Shown here: in pieces, positions 46,571 through 56,502 of the stretch
Position numbering within the stretch: position 1 is the stretch's first letter
How the letters are laid out: every line of letters starts with the position of its first letter
Source: an uncultured Ignavibacteria bacterium
GTDB taxonomy: Bacteria > Bacteroidota > Ignavibacteria > Tepidaquicellales > OLB5
DNA: 64,000 nucleotides
Assembly: GCA_947084945.1 (NCBI GenBank)
Contig: CAMTUP010000011.1
Span: 22,945-86,944, forward strand
Direction of reading: 5' to 3'
The notes under the pieces: generated by a model
Told to the model about the DNA's origin: nothing
Seen by the model: only the letters and a program-made list of their open reading frames with translations
The model's database searches: none
Translations under genes and position numbers: made by a program

Positions 46571-49423
46571 ATGAACAAACTTATTAAGATACCTGCAATT
46601 ATTATTATACTGTTGTTTGTTTGCAGCCAATTGCAATCAAAACCAGACCCGTTTGATAAAGATGCCATAACTACTTCACTTAAAGATGCATATCTATCTG
46701 CAAGGTGGGTTGAAAATTTTGAAAGATATATAAAAAATTATTCTGATGTAAAATCTTTAAAAGAATTAAATGAAGGACTTTTCAGGATAGAAGTAATTTC
46801 ATATTGCCTGAAACCTGGTGTACCCGTGAATAATTCAGCAACATACAGCTATGTACTTGGTCCCCTGAAAGGAAATAAAGCAGGACTGATAAAAGAAATC
46901 ATTAAGCGTTCAGCATCTCATAAAGAAATTGAGCAAAAGTATGTTCAAACATTGCTATGGGGAATACTTGCGGGATTCGGTTATTCAGATTTCCCTGTTG
47001 ATTTTAAAAATAAGATATCATCCTTATTGCCCGAAGATTATAAAAACGCTAAATCAAAAGTGAATATTAAAGATATTCTCAATCTGCCATTACCGAAAGA
47101 AGTTAAGGAGCAAATGAGCGTTGTATCTGACTTGAGAAAACTTATTTCAGAAGGTATTAATAGATATGATGAAATTGAACGAATTTCAATGCCCCAAACC
47201 GACCCGGAAGTAAGCAAAAATGATGTAAAGATAGACGAAAATTGCTGGACCTTAATGGATAACGGATATTACGTTAGAGCCAAACCGGGAGGAAGCAAAA
47301 CAAAACTGGATATATATAAACCAGAAGAAGTTACAATATCTTATGATGAAAAAGGCAGGGTTAAAACAATGAGTTCAGTATCTGGAACACTTGAACTTGA
47401 GTACGACGATAATCCAGGCGCAGATATTATTACTTATCCTTCTTCAAAATCATACAAGATAAACAGGGTAAGCGGAATTAAGCTTAATGGCGAACCGATT
47501 GGCAAGGTTATGAAAATGTTGTGGTACACAACAATTGATAACCATACTACCCAAACAAGCCAGTATAAAAGAAAAGAAATAGGTATAGTTACAGACCCGC
47601 TGGAAGCATCTTTGATTTACAGAGATGTAAAAATTAAAAACCTGTTTGATTACTTAAATAAATATAACAAAAACCAAAAATTAAGCAATGATGAAGAAAA
47701 AGAACTTTACGAACTTAAACAAATTGAATATTGCATGAAATTCGTTCTGGATAGCCTGCGTTTTCAGGTGAAGGAAGAATCAATTGAAAAGATAATAAGG
47801 ATTGCCACAGATGCAGCGGTAAAAAAGTTCACAGAAAAAGTAAAAGTTAATAATCCCAAAGGCGGTTCACTTAAAACCGAAGGATTTGATTTTGGTTTTA
47901 ATCTTGCAATACCCGGTAACAATGCCCAAAGAATAGGTGTTACAGGTCAGGGCTCAGAAGAAGGCGTTGACCCGGGTTTGCCCCCAGTTTCTACCGAAGG
48001 CGACCCGCCTCCTCCCCCACCAAGAGATACAACAAGAGAACCCGTAAATTGCAGAGCTTTGATAAAATCAGTAGATAAGTTAATTATACCGGCGCCTATG
48101 CAGCTTTATGCAGTTACTTTGGATATAGAATGCGAAGCTACAGTAAAAGAAATTGAATGGATATTATTTGATGTTAGTAAAGAACAGGGAAGATGCCTTA
48201 ACGATAAAAACACTGAGTTTTTTAAATTAACTCCGGATTGGGATCTAACGATTGAAGAAGAAGATAACCCCGGCTATACAATTACACGTGATAGCTATGC
48301 ATTTGTAGCCGAAGGAAGAACCGGGGCATCAAGAACAATTTATGTGAGAGCGCATGATTACGGAGCGTTTGGGAAAGTATCTGCAAGGATCAAAGTTAGG
48401 GAGAGATTTATTGAGGCAACAAGCTATGAAGTTTCCGGGAGTTCAGTTAATATACCATACGATATGAATGATAATAAAATTGCTGATAAGTGGGAAGAAG
48501 ATAACAGAGTATTTGATCTGCCGCCAGATTCTGACGATGATAATTTACCGATGAACCAAGCTGTTAATGGTGATGGTATGACTATCTACGAAGAGTACAG
48601 GGGTTTTTATGAGTTGTTACCGGATGAAAGCATAATGCATATAAGAATGGACCCTAACAGGAAAGAACTTTTTATAATTGATGATAATTTTATGCTTTCC
48701 CAATTCAGTTGGCAAATTGCTACAGGTATACCGATATACAGGTTAAACGAACAACTGGTCTATGGAAATCTTTGCGGTGGACCAATGGAAAGCACCCCGG
48801 ATTACAGATTAGTTAACTTTTGCCGAAACACCCAAGGCGGGCAAAAATATGCTGTTAATTTGGTGAGAATTAACGGAATAGAAGACCCGTATAATCTATG
48901 TGGAGGAGATAGCGATACAAATTATACCGGATGTTCTGATATAGGACCGCCAAAATTTGCAAATGTTACAATTGTAATGCCAGACCGGCTGAGACGATAT
49001 TTTGAGTTGCAAAGAAACAGGTTTGAGTATATGTTAAGTTTTAACCCTTCTCAAACAGAATTCTACTTTAGCGGGCTTACAATAGATAGAGCAACTCTAA
49101 ACGCTTATATGGATGTGCTAAATAATCCCAGGAAATTCAATATGCTTATAGAATTTATGGTTAGGCAAAACGCATTGCATGAAACCGGTCATGCCTGCGG
49201 CATTGAGCATCACTCTGTTGTTTACAATGGGTCAATGGAGTGTCCTATGAGGTATATGAATTATCTTGAAGAAGTGATGATATTTGATGCTTTTTATAGT
49301 GAAATATTCCAAACACTTTACGCTGATGGAACAGAGTTGATTGTTGCTGAAAACAGGTGGAGGTTTTGCACAAGCGGGGATAATTGCTGGGGGAAAATAA
49401 ATGTTAATGATAGATCAAGATAA
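46571..49423 (+). CDS. Secreted 950-aa multidomain protein with C-terminal metzincin zinc-protease motif
   Basis: Signal peptide; HETGHACGIEH at aa 870 followed by a Met-turn CPMRY; Ca-loop-like DMNDNKIAD and NGDG; Pro-rich linker; N-terminal YCLKPG and VQTLLW. Confidence 0.7.
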   Translation: MNKLIKIPAIIIILLFVCSQLQSKPDPFDKDAITTSLKDAYLSARWVENFERYIKNYSDVKSLKELNEGLFRIEVISYCLKPGVPVNNSATYSYVLGPLKGNKAGLIKEIIKRSASHKEIEQKYVQTLLWGILAGFGYSDFPVDFKNKISSLLPEDYKNAKSKVNIKDILNLPLPKEVKEQMSVVSDLRKLISEGINRYDEIERISMPQTDPEVSKNDVKIDENCWTLMDNGYYVRAKPGGSKTKLDIYKPEEVTISYDEKGRVKTMSSVSGTLELEYDDNPGADIITYPSSKSYKINRVSGIKLNGEPIGKVMKMLWYTTIDNHTTQTSQYKRKEIGIVTDPLEASLIYRDVKIKNLFDYLNKYNKNQKLSNDEEKELYELKQIEYCMKFVLDSLRFQVKEESIEKIIRIATDAAVKKFTEKVKVNNPKGGSLKTEGFDFGFNLAIPGNNAQRIGVTGQGSEEGVDPGLPPVSTEGDPPPPPPRDTTREPVNCRALIKSVDKLIIPAPMQLYAVTLDIECEATVKEIEWILFDVSKEQGRCLNDKNTEFFKLTPDWDLTIEEEDNPGYTITRDSYAFVAEGRTGASRTIYVRAHDYGAFGKVSARIKVRERFIEATSYEVSGSSVNIPYDMNDNKIADKWEEDNRVFDLPPDSDDDNLPMNQAVNGDGMTIYEEYRGFYELLPDESIMHIRMDPNRKELFIIDDNFMLSQFSWQIATGIPIYRLNEQLVYGNLCGGPMESTPDYRLVNFCRNTQGGQKYAVNLVRINGIEDPYNLCGGDSDTNYTGCSDIGPPKFANVTIVMPDRLRRYFELQRNRFEYMLSFNPSQTEFYFSGLTIDRATLNAYMDVLNNPRKFNMLIEFMVRQNALHETGHACGIEHHSVVYNGSMECPMRYMNYLEEVMIFDAFYSEIFQTLYADGTELIVAENRWRFCTSGDNCWGKINVNDRSR

Positions 49424-49451
49424 GATATTTAATAAACAATGTAATACTAAA

Positions 49452-50036
49452 ATGAAAATCATAATTCTGTTTGTTTGTTTCTTTTGCATGTTTACTGTAA
49501 TTTCATACACCCAATTTTTACCCGAAAACCTTTATATTGAATACCGCAACGAAACAGCCGGAGATAAAATTGATACTATTAAGCTTTATAAAAAAGGAAA
49601 CATGTTTAAACTATACCGCTCGGGCAAGCATGGCGCTTTTATGACCCTTATTGATTACAGCATTAACGAATATTGTGACTTAGGAATTGATAAGAGAACT
49701 ACTGGCAACAGGTATGGAAAGATAAATTACGATATGATATGCTCAATGTGGAAGATCATTTTTAACGGTCTTACCCCGCTTGTAAAACAATATACAAAGT
49801 TGCCCGATAAGCAGGCAGTATTACTTAAAGAATGTGATGTTTATGATTCGGGAAAATTATCTTTTATGAACTCGACTATTCAGTATTTGTTTTATGGTGA
49901 TTTAATGCTGAAAATGGAAAAGCCGGGAAATGTTGTAGAGGCAATTGTATATGACGAAAACCCTTTGTTCAAAGAAGATGAGTTTTCAATACCGGAAAAT
50001 GTGCAATGGCTATATGATTACAAAAAATCAAAGTAA
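49452..50036 (+). CDS. Exported protein, DUF4412/LolA-like (ORF track begins 49401)
   Basis: Signal peptide, beta-rich body, KECDVY and terminal FSIP pattern typical of DUF4412/LolA-like proteins. Confidence 0.5.
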   Translation: MKIIILFVCFFCMFTVISYTQFLPENLYIEYRNETAGDKIDTIKLYKKGNMFKLYRSGKHGAFMTLIDYSINEYCDLGIDKRTTGNRYGKINYDMICSMWKIIFNGLTPLVKQYTKLPDKQAVLLKECDVYDSGKLSFMNSTIQYLFYGDLMLKMEKPGNVVEAIVYDENPLFKEDEFSIPENVQWLYDYKKSK

Positions 50037-50175
50037 CGGGCTATTACATTATATTAACGAAAATGCAGTTTTTTGCCGTGCCTGCCGATGGCGTGGTTCT
50101 TGGCGGGCTTTGCGGTTTTAAAAAAAATTGGACTCTGCGGAAAATGGAAATGCTGCAAATGCTATACTTGTTTTC

Positions 50176-51306
50176 CTAACTCGTTTTTAAGACTGGTTGT
50201 GCAGTTGTGTTCAGACGCTTCGCTAGAATTCTAAGAGTTATCAAGTTTGCAAAAAATCCAAATATAGCCAAACCATTTAACATACCAGCCCATGCTTTTA
50301 GCGGTGCTATCTCGGGAAATATACATAGAATTCTAAGTATGAGCGTTAAGTTTAAAAATATATACCATATATAAAGTGTTTTCCCAAATAGACTAATATT
50401 TAATTTTAAAACTGCCGGGAGTATCACCGGAGCGTGGGCGAATATCATTAAAAAAACAAATCCAATGAAAAATGAATGGATAGATGCATCATAGTATGAC
50501 CCATAATAAGAGCCTATAGCAAAAAATAAACCTGTTACTATCAACCAAACGTATCCGGTTATCAACAATAAACCAGAATAAAAACTTTGCCCGGGTTTCT
50601 TAAGTGAATGTTTTGCCATATCATACTTAAATAACCAAATTGCCGAACCGATAAGAGATAAAGCCACAGCATATCCGCCGAATGAGTAGAAAGGCAGAAT
50701 AATACCCAAAACAAAAATACCAAGCAGTATTAACAGTACAAGTTGTTTTACAAAAACATTTTTATTCATTACAAATCTTGAAAGCTCTAACCTTTCGCCT
50801 GTAATTGTGAAGAATAGAAATGCAACCCACCACATAACCGAAGCAGGATAGAAAGAAGTATTTACCAGTAAAGCATTACCAATAAAATAACATAATGCGC
50901 CTGCAAGCATAATTAAGATATGAATACTTTTATGTTTGATATATAGTAAATAATAAATAGTAGCCAATCCAGCAGCGCCTAATAACAGAAACATATATGC
51001 TATCTTTGGCATAGATAGCAGAAAGAAAATTATGCTCAAGGCATTAAGGATCGGAACAATCAGGGCAATTTTGTTAGGGTAGCTTACACTTCGCTCAAGG
51101 CAAATCAAAGTTCCGATAAAAGAGCCTATCATAAGCGCACCATGCTCGCCAGCAGGTAATGTAAACGGAAAATTCCACCCAACCCGGAACCAGCCAGTAA
51201 ATATTCCCGTAAGCAGGCTGATAAAAACAAAAGGGAGTATAAATAAGTGTTTATTTTTTCCCGATGAAAATCGGTACGCCTTCGGCGGATACTCTTTGTT
51301 CAACAT
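50176..51306 (-). CDS. NnrS-like polytopic membrane protein
   Basis: About 12 TM helices; HGALMIGSFIGTLICLER, ITGERLEL, HSFFIGF..LMIFAHAPVI conserved His/Glu motifs. Confidence 0.55.
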   Translation of the reverse strand: MLNKEYPPKAYRFSSGKNKHLFILPFVFISLLTGIFTGWFRVGWNFPFTLPAGEHGALMIGSFIGTLICLERSVSYPNKIALIVPILNALSIIFFLLSMPKIAYMFLLLGAAGLATIYYLLYIKHKSIHILIMLAGALCYFIGNALLVNTSFYPASVMWWVAFLFFTITGERLELSRFVMNKNVFVKQLVLLILLGIFVLGIILPFYSFGGYAVALSLIGSAIWLFKYDMAKHSLKKPGQSFYSGLLLITGYVWLIVTGLFFAIGSYYGSYYDASIHSFFIGFVFLMIFAHAPVILPAVLKLNISLFGKTLYIWYIFLNLTLILRILCIFPEIAPLKAWAGMLNGLAIFGFFANLITLRILAKRLNTTAQPVLKTS

Positions 51307-51514
51307 GTTTGATTAATAAATTTTTCTGTTCAAAAATATACATAAAGCATAATTTTTCATTTGACTTAAATCAATTATGCGTTTTTACATAAAAAATTTA
51401 GCTAAAAACAACAATTTCTTTTCCAAGCGGATATAAATCATAAATTTAACAGACATATATCATTTTTATCAGACACTTAATGTATTATTTTTGAAATGAA
51501 AGGAGGGATACAAA

Positions 51515-51949
51515 ATGTACCTTCTTCATAAAATAGATGACTGGTCAGAAAAGCATCATCCACTCTGGCTTGATTTCTTCCGTGTGTTGCTTGGTATTGT
51601 ACTTATCTGGCAGGCACTTTACTTTATAGCGAATAAGAATGCAATAATTCAAATTGTTAACGAGTACGGTTTTGGGTTTTACACAATGACCGCTGCTCAT
51701 GCTATAATAGGCATACATTTAGCAGGTGGATTGCTTATCGTTTTTGGGTTGCTAACAAGATTGGCTGCGGCAATTCAATTGCCTGTTTTGATATGCAATA
51801 TTATTTTTGTTGTGTTACCAAACGGCTTTATGTCTTTAAAACCCCAAGCAGAGCTTTCATTAATAGTATTTGCTTTGGCTATACTTTTTCTTTTTGAAGG
51901 CTCGGGTAAGTATTCTCTTGACGGGTATTTAAAGAGACATAGCGAGTAA
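51515..51949 (+). CDS. DoxX family membrane protein
   Basis: LDFFRVLLG, HLAGGLLI.FGLLTR.AA, GSGKYSLD; strong SD AGGGAGG. Confidence 0.9.
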   Translation: MYLLHKIDDWSEKHHPLWLDFFRVLLGIVLIWQALYFIANKNAIIQIVNEYGFGFYTMTAAHAIIGIHLAGGLLIVFGLLTRLAAAIQLPVLICNIIFVVLPNGFMSLKPQAELSLIVFALAILFLFEGSGKYSLDGYLKRHSE

Positions 51950-52263
51950 AGCAAAAGTGAAATAGTGAGTAAGTGAAATAGCGAAGCAAAGCGTTATTTA
52001 CTGAATTAGAATATTTTGAAAAGTCTTTCTTTTGATAGACTATGGATTTAATTTGAATAGATTCCACACATCTTTTTTATCTTTAAATATAGTTGGGGTG
52101 TTTTTAAAAGTTGCCCGAAATATTCGCCTGATTTCGCATTTTGAAAGTTGGTTAATGTTTTTATATGTTTTGTATAGATGTAGAAACTATTATCTCCAAT
52201 AATCTCTTATAGAATTGAAATAAACCATATAAATCATTAAAATTGCTGAACTATTAAAATTAT

Positions 52264-53148
52264 ATGATAAACAAATTAGCTTTGGTTTTACTTATATCTG
52301 TAATTACCTATAATGTCTTTTCGCAATGCTCTGATGCTGGAGTTTGTGTTATTGGCAAACACCAGTTAAATGAATTTGCGATAAAGAAAAACAGCATTTC
52401 ATTTGGATACATTTATGGCTCAAGCGGCAAAAATGCAGATGTAAATGGAGCGCTTAATAACATTAGCTATGGCAGCGTTACGTTTGAAGCAAGTATTGAT
52501 ATCATAAAAGACTTGCGTTTGAATGCTTCTATCCCATATACATTTGTTTCGGGTCCGCTTGGAGAAAATAATGGCGTTGGCGATCTGGCAATGGTGATTT
52601 CAAAAAGTTTTACAATCAAAAAGAAAAGCGTATTGACATTTTCATTAGGCGGAAAATTTTCAACCGGAAAAGTTAATTCAAGCGATTTATTACCGCAGAG
52701 ATATATGCCGGGGCTGGGGACAAATGACCTAATAGCAGGAGCTGTTTATTCACGTGGAAATTATTATTTTGGAATTGGATACCAGAAGCCTTTTGGCAGA
52801 AGCAGTAATTATGATACACGTCTTAAGCGGGGAGATGATGTTTTTTTCCGCGCTGGATTTTCTGAACAATTTGACAAAGTTGGCGTGAAAGCAGAGATAC
52901 TTACTATATTAAGGCTACAGGCATCAAGTGTAAGGGATCCGCTGGGTGCAGGCGAAAGTTTTATTACGGTTGACGGCAGTAATGAAACTCAGGTTAATAT
53001 GCTTGGTACTGTGAGCTACAAAGTATCAGATGAATTAACATTAACCTGCTTAGCTGCTATACCGTTTTTAAAAAGGAATTATAATTTTGATGGGTTGAAA
53101 AGAACACTAACTATTTCTGGAAATGTTTCGTATTTTTTCAGTTTTTAA
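52264..53148 (+). CDS. Putative outer-membrane beta-barrel protein
   Basis: Signal peptide, mature N-terminus QCSDAGVC, GVGDL, PTG-like STGK, GLGT.D, amphipathic strands, C-terminal Phe. Confidence 0.6.
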   Translation: MINKLALVLLISVITYNVFSQCSDAGVCVIGKHQLNEFAIKKNSISFGYIYGSSGKNADVNGALNNISYGSVTFEASIDIIKDLRLNASIPYTFVSGPLGENNGVGDLAMVISKSFTIKKKSVLTFSLGGKFSTGKVNSSDLLPQRYMPGLGTNDLIAGAVYSRGNYYFGIGYQKPFGRSSNYDTRLKRGDDVFFRAGFSEQFDKVGVKAEILTILRLQASSVRDPLGAGESFITVDGSNETQVNMLGTVSYKVSDELTLTCLAAIPFLKRNYNFDGLKRTLTISGNVSYFFSF

Positions 53149-53323
53149 TGAGAAATTGAATTCAAAACTGAACTCAACTCAGAAACGAGTCTTAGGTGAT
53201 TTTTATCAAAGTCTAACAGATAACATCCTTGAATAATCGGGAATAGCGGTAGAGACTCTTGTGAGAGTACTTTAAAATTATCAGCGATTTTTTATTAAGA
53301 AACTTACAATATCAAAAAAGAAT

Positions 53324-54430
53324 ATGGTCTTAGAAACTGGTACCGAAATTTCGGAAATAATCAAACAAAAATTTAACGGCATACATCATTTAATAGGCAA
53401 CACTCCTTTGCTTGCAATAAACTTTTCTTATAAGGGAAAGAAACGGAGATTATTTGCTAAGTCAGAGAATTTGAATATGACCGGCAGCATAAAAGACCGC
53501 ATGGCATTGCATATATTACGTAAAGCATACTTAAGCGGAGCTATAAAGCCGGGCGATGAGATTGTGGAAGCTACAAGCGGCAACACAGGAATTTCGTTTG
53601 CTGCAATTGGAAGAGCACTTGGACATCCGGTTACTATATTTATGCCGGATTGGATGAGCCGCGAAAGAGTTGACCTTATATTAAGCATGGGTGCAAAGGT
53701 AAATCCGGTAACAAAAGATCAGGGAGGTTTTAAAGGAAGCATAAAATTAACCGAAGAGCTTGCAGAACAAAATGAAAACGTATTTTTGCCGTGCCAGTTT
53801 TCTAATGAAGCAAATATTGATGCGCATTATGAAAATACGGGTCCTGAAATATGGTGGCAGCTTATGTTTGGCTCTTTAAAACCGGATTCATTTGCCGCAG
53901 GCGTAGGAACTGGCGGAACAATTATGGGTGTAGGTCAGAGATTGAGGGAACTGAATCCCAATGTGAAGATACATCCTGTAGAGCCGGCCGAATCACCCAC
54001 TTTAACCACCGGATATAAAGTAGGACAGCACAGGATACAGGGTATTTCAGATGAATTCATACCTCCAATAGTTAATCTTGAGCTGGTGGATAGAGTAATT
54101 GCTGTTCATGATGGAGATGCTATAATCATGGCACAAAAGCTTGCTTCACAGCTTGGACTTGCCGTTGGGATATCTTCAGGAGCTAATTTTATAGGAGCAT
54201 TGATGGCACAAAATGAGATCGGCGAAGACTCGGTTGTGGCAACGGTATTCCCGGATTCCAATAAAAAATATTTAAGCACAGATTTGCTTAGAAAAGAACC
54301 TGTTAAAAACGGATATTTATCGCCGGATGTAGAACTAATAGATTTCCGCGCATATAAAAGAGTTTGCCATACTTGCTGTGATTATATGGAATGTGAACAG
54401 AAGATATCTATTACAGGAATAAAACCTTAA
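53324..54430 (+). CDS. PLP-dependent cysteine synthase family protein with Cys-rich tail
   Basis: IGNTPL, TGSIKDR (PLP Lys), [28 protein letters not shown]; C-terminal [10 protein letters not shown]. Confidence 0.9.
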   Translation: MVLETGTEISEIIKQKFNGIHHLIGNTPLLAINFSYKGKKRRLFAKSENLNMTGSIKDRMALHILRKAYLSGAIKPGDEIVEATSGNTGISFAAIGRALGHPVTIFMPDWMSRERVDLILSMGAKVNPVTKDQGGFKGSIKLTEELAEQNENVFLPCQFSNEANIDAHYENTGPEIWWQLMFGSLKPDSFAAGVGTGGTIMGVGQRLRELNPNVKIHPVEPAESPTLTTGYKVGQHRIQGISDEFIPPIVNLELVDRVIAVHDGDAIIMAQKLASQLGLAVGISSGANFIGALMAQNEIGEDSVVATVFPDSNKKYLSTDLLRKEPVKNGYLSPDVELIDFRAYKRVCHTCCDYMECEQKISITGIKP

Positions 54431-54713
54431 TTGTAAAAGAGTTAACTTGTATGTAAATCATTATGCTAAAGATACAACACGAGATTCGATCCAGTTTTTT
54501 ATGTTATAGCGGGTCCGTTTCCCTATGAATAAGTTTAACAAAGAAGACTTATTTTTTGTGTCATCAGAAGGATTCAATGAGGTTATCGGGTGAAACTTCA
54601 CTTGCCACCTTAATGGACGATTTGGATATTACCTTAACCCCTATTTCGTTATTTTGTATCAATTAAATTTTTATGATTCATATTTTTAACTTAATATTTT
54701 AAAGGAGCTACAA

Positions 54714-55574
54714 ATGGACTTAACATTTATTTATATCATTGCTGGAGTATTATTATTAGTATTCTTTTCAGGAGTAAGAATAGTTAGACCAACACACAGA
54801 GGTTTAATTGAAAGACTTGGGAAATACCATCACTTTGCAAAACCCGGATTTAACTGGATTAGACCTTTTATAGATAAAATGTATTCTGTAAACATAACCG
54901 AACAAATGATTGATGCAGAACCACAGGAAATTATTACAAATGATAATCTTAATGCAAGTGTAGATGCCCAGGTTTATTTTAGGGTATTGGATACAGAAGA
55001 TAATGTGAAAAATTCTCAATACAACGTTAATAGTTACAAATGGCAGATTGTTAATCTTGCCAGAACAACACTAAGAAATATTATAGGAACACTTACATTA
55101 AAATCGGCTAATAGCGAAAGAGGTAAAATGAATGCAGAACTGCATAGAACTCTTGCCGAAGAAACAAAAACATGGGGAATTGAAATTGTGCGTACTGAAT
55201 TAAAACAAATAGATCCACCCAGCGACGTTCAGGAAACAATGAATAAAGTTGTAAAAGCAGAAAACGAAAAAATAGCTGCTATTGACTATGCAACTGCAGC
55301 GGAAACTGTTGCAGATGGAGTAAAACGAGCATCAATAAAAGAAGCTGAAGGTTATAAACAATCAAAAATATTGCATGCAGAAGGTGAAGCAGAAGCAATT
55401 AAATTAGTTAATGAAGCTGCTGATAAATTCTTTATAGGTAATGCTCAATTATTAAAGAAGCTTGAAACCGTTGAAGCCTCGCTTAAATCGAATGCTAAAA
55501 TTGTTATTCCAACAGGTACCGAATTAGTAAATGTTATCGGAGAGATGGCTGGTGTATTGCCTTTAAATGCATAA
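54714..55574 (+). CDS. SPFH/band 7 (stomatin/QmcA-like) protein
   Basis: N-terminal TM, ERLGKY, PG..WI.PFID, IT.DN, RTTLRNIIG, WGI, AE..K.A; SD AAGGAG. Confidence 0.92.
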   Translation: MDLTFIYIIAGVLLLVFFSGVRIVRPTHRGLIERLGKYHHFAKPGFNWIRPFIDKMYSVNITEQMIDAEPQEIITNDNLNASVDAQVYFRVLDTEDNVKNSQYNVNSYKWQIVNLARTTLRNIIGTLTLKSANSERGKMNAELHRTLAEETKTWGIEIVRTELKQIDPPSDVQETMNKVVKAENEKIAAIDYATAAETVADGVKRASIKEAEGYKQSKILHAEGEAEAIKLVNEAADKFFIGNAQLLKKLETVEASLKSNAKIVIPTGTELVNVIGEMAGVLPLNA

Positions 55575-55692
55575 ATAGAAGGTAAAAAAAATACTACCTA
55601 TAGAAGAAGCAAGGAAGATCCTTCAATTTTTTTTGAATTCAAGTTTCACGTAAATCCACTGAGAAAATCAAAAACTTTTTTGCCACCGAGGC

Positions 55693-56409
55693 TTGATTAA
55701 ATTATTATTAAATACTAAGTATTCAAAAATTGCGGTAGTAATATTCGTGATACTGCTATTTATTTCCTGTTCAAAGCAGGAGGTTAAATCAGAACATCCG
55801 AATAAAAATATCAAAAAATGTGATTCTTCCCTCACAAATAAATTTACATTAACCGAAAATCAGAAAAAAGTTTTAGCCGGCGCGAAGCAATGTCTTGAAG
55901 CTAAGTTCAGTTACGATATGACAATGGGTTATTATGTATTGACCTATAAAGATGACGTTAATACAGGTAAGAAGGTTTTTCCTATGGGCGATCTTGAGCC
56001 AACAATTGGGGTATGTACTGATGTTATAGTCAGAGCTTTAAGATGGGGCGGTGTATGTGACCTTCAGGAAGAAATATATAATGATATAAAATCTAACTTC
56101 AGCAGCTACCCTATGACGAGGTGGTCGGCTAAAAAACCTGACCCGAATATTGATCAAAGACGCGTACCTGTTCAGATGGTTTGGTTTGCAAGGCACTGGA
56201 ATGAAGTTGAAGGCGATAATTATCAGCCGGGAGATGTTGTTGCATGGGATATGAACAAAGACGGATGGGGTGATCATATCGGGATTGTATCAGATAAGTT
56301 TGTGGAGGGAGTTCCATATCTCATTCATAACTTCCCCGACCCGGGTTACGTAGCTGAAGAAGATGTGCTGAATGAGTGGAATATTATTGGACACTATAGA
56401 ATTAAATAG
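55693..56409 (+). CDS. DUF1287 family (NlpC/P60-like) lipoprotein
   Basis: Lipobox FISC, GVCTDVIVRA, DPNID.RRVP, YQPGDVVAW, HIGIVSD, LIHN. Confidence 0.85.
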   Translation: MIKLLLNTKYSKIAVVIFVILLFISCSKQEVKSEHPNKNIKKCDSSLTNKFTLTENQKKVLAGAKQCLEAKFSYDMTMGYYVLTYKDDVNTGKKVFPMGDLEPTIGVCTDVIVRALRWGGVCDLQEEIYNDIKSNFSSYPMTRWSAKKPDPNIDQRRVPVQMVWFARHWNEVEGDNYQPGDVVAWDMNKDGWGDHIGIVSDKFVEGVPYLIHNFPDPGYVAEEDVLNEWNIIGHYRIK

Positions 56410-56465
56410 TGAAATAGCGAAATGGAGAGATAGTGAATGGAATAAAAAATAACGTAAATATATGT

Positions 56466-56473
56466 TATATTTG
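56466..56473 (+). promoter_or_regulatory. TAnnTTTG -7 promoter element for the downstream T9SS gene
   Basis: TATATTTG, 30 nt upstream of the ATG at 56503. Confidence 0.5.
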
Positions 56474-56502
56474 TGTTAGTTTAAAATTTTTTATTAAATC
56501 CT

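Noticed and set aside
53203-53270. TTATCAAAG upstream of the cysteine synthase suggesting a SAM-I riboswitch
   Set aside because: No GAGGGA/GGCCC kink-turn-pseudoknot core, GCAACC or terminator.
54570-54625. Stem-loop (GGGTGA-AACT-TCACTT) upstream of the SPFH gene as a riboswitch
   Set aside because: Matches no riboswitch consensus I can recognise; a single modest hairpin is insufficient evidence.
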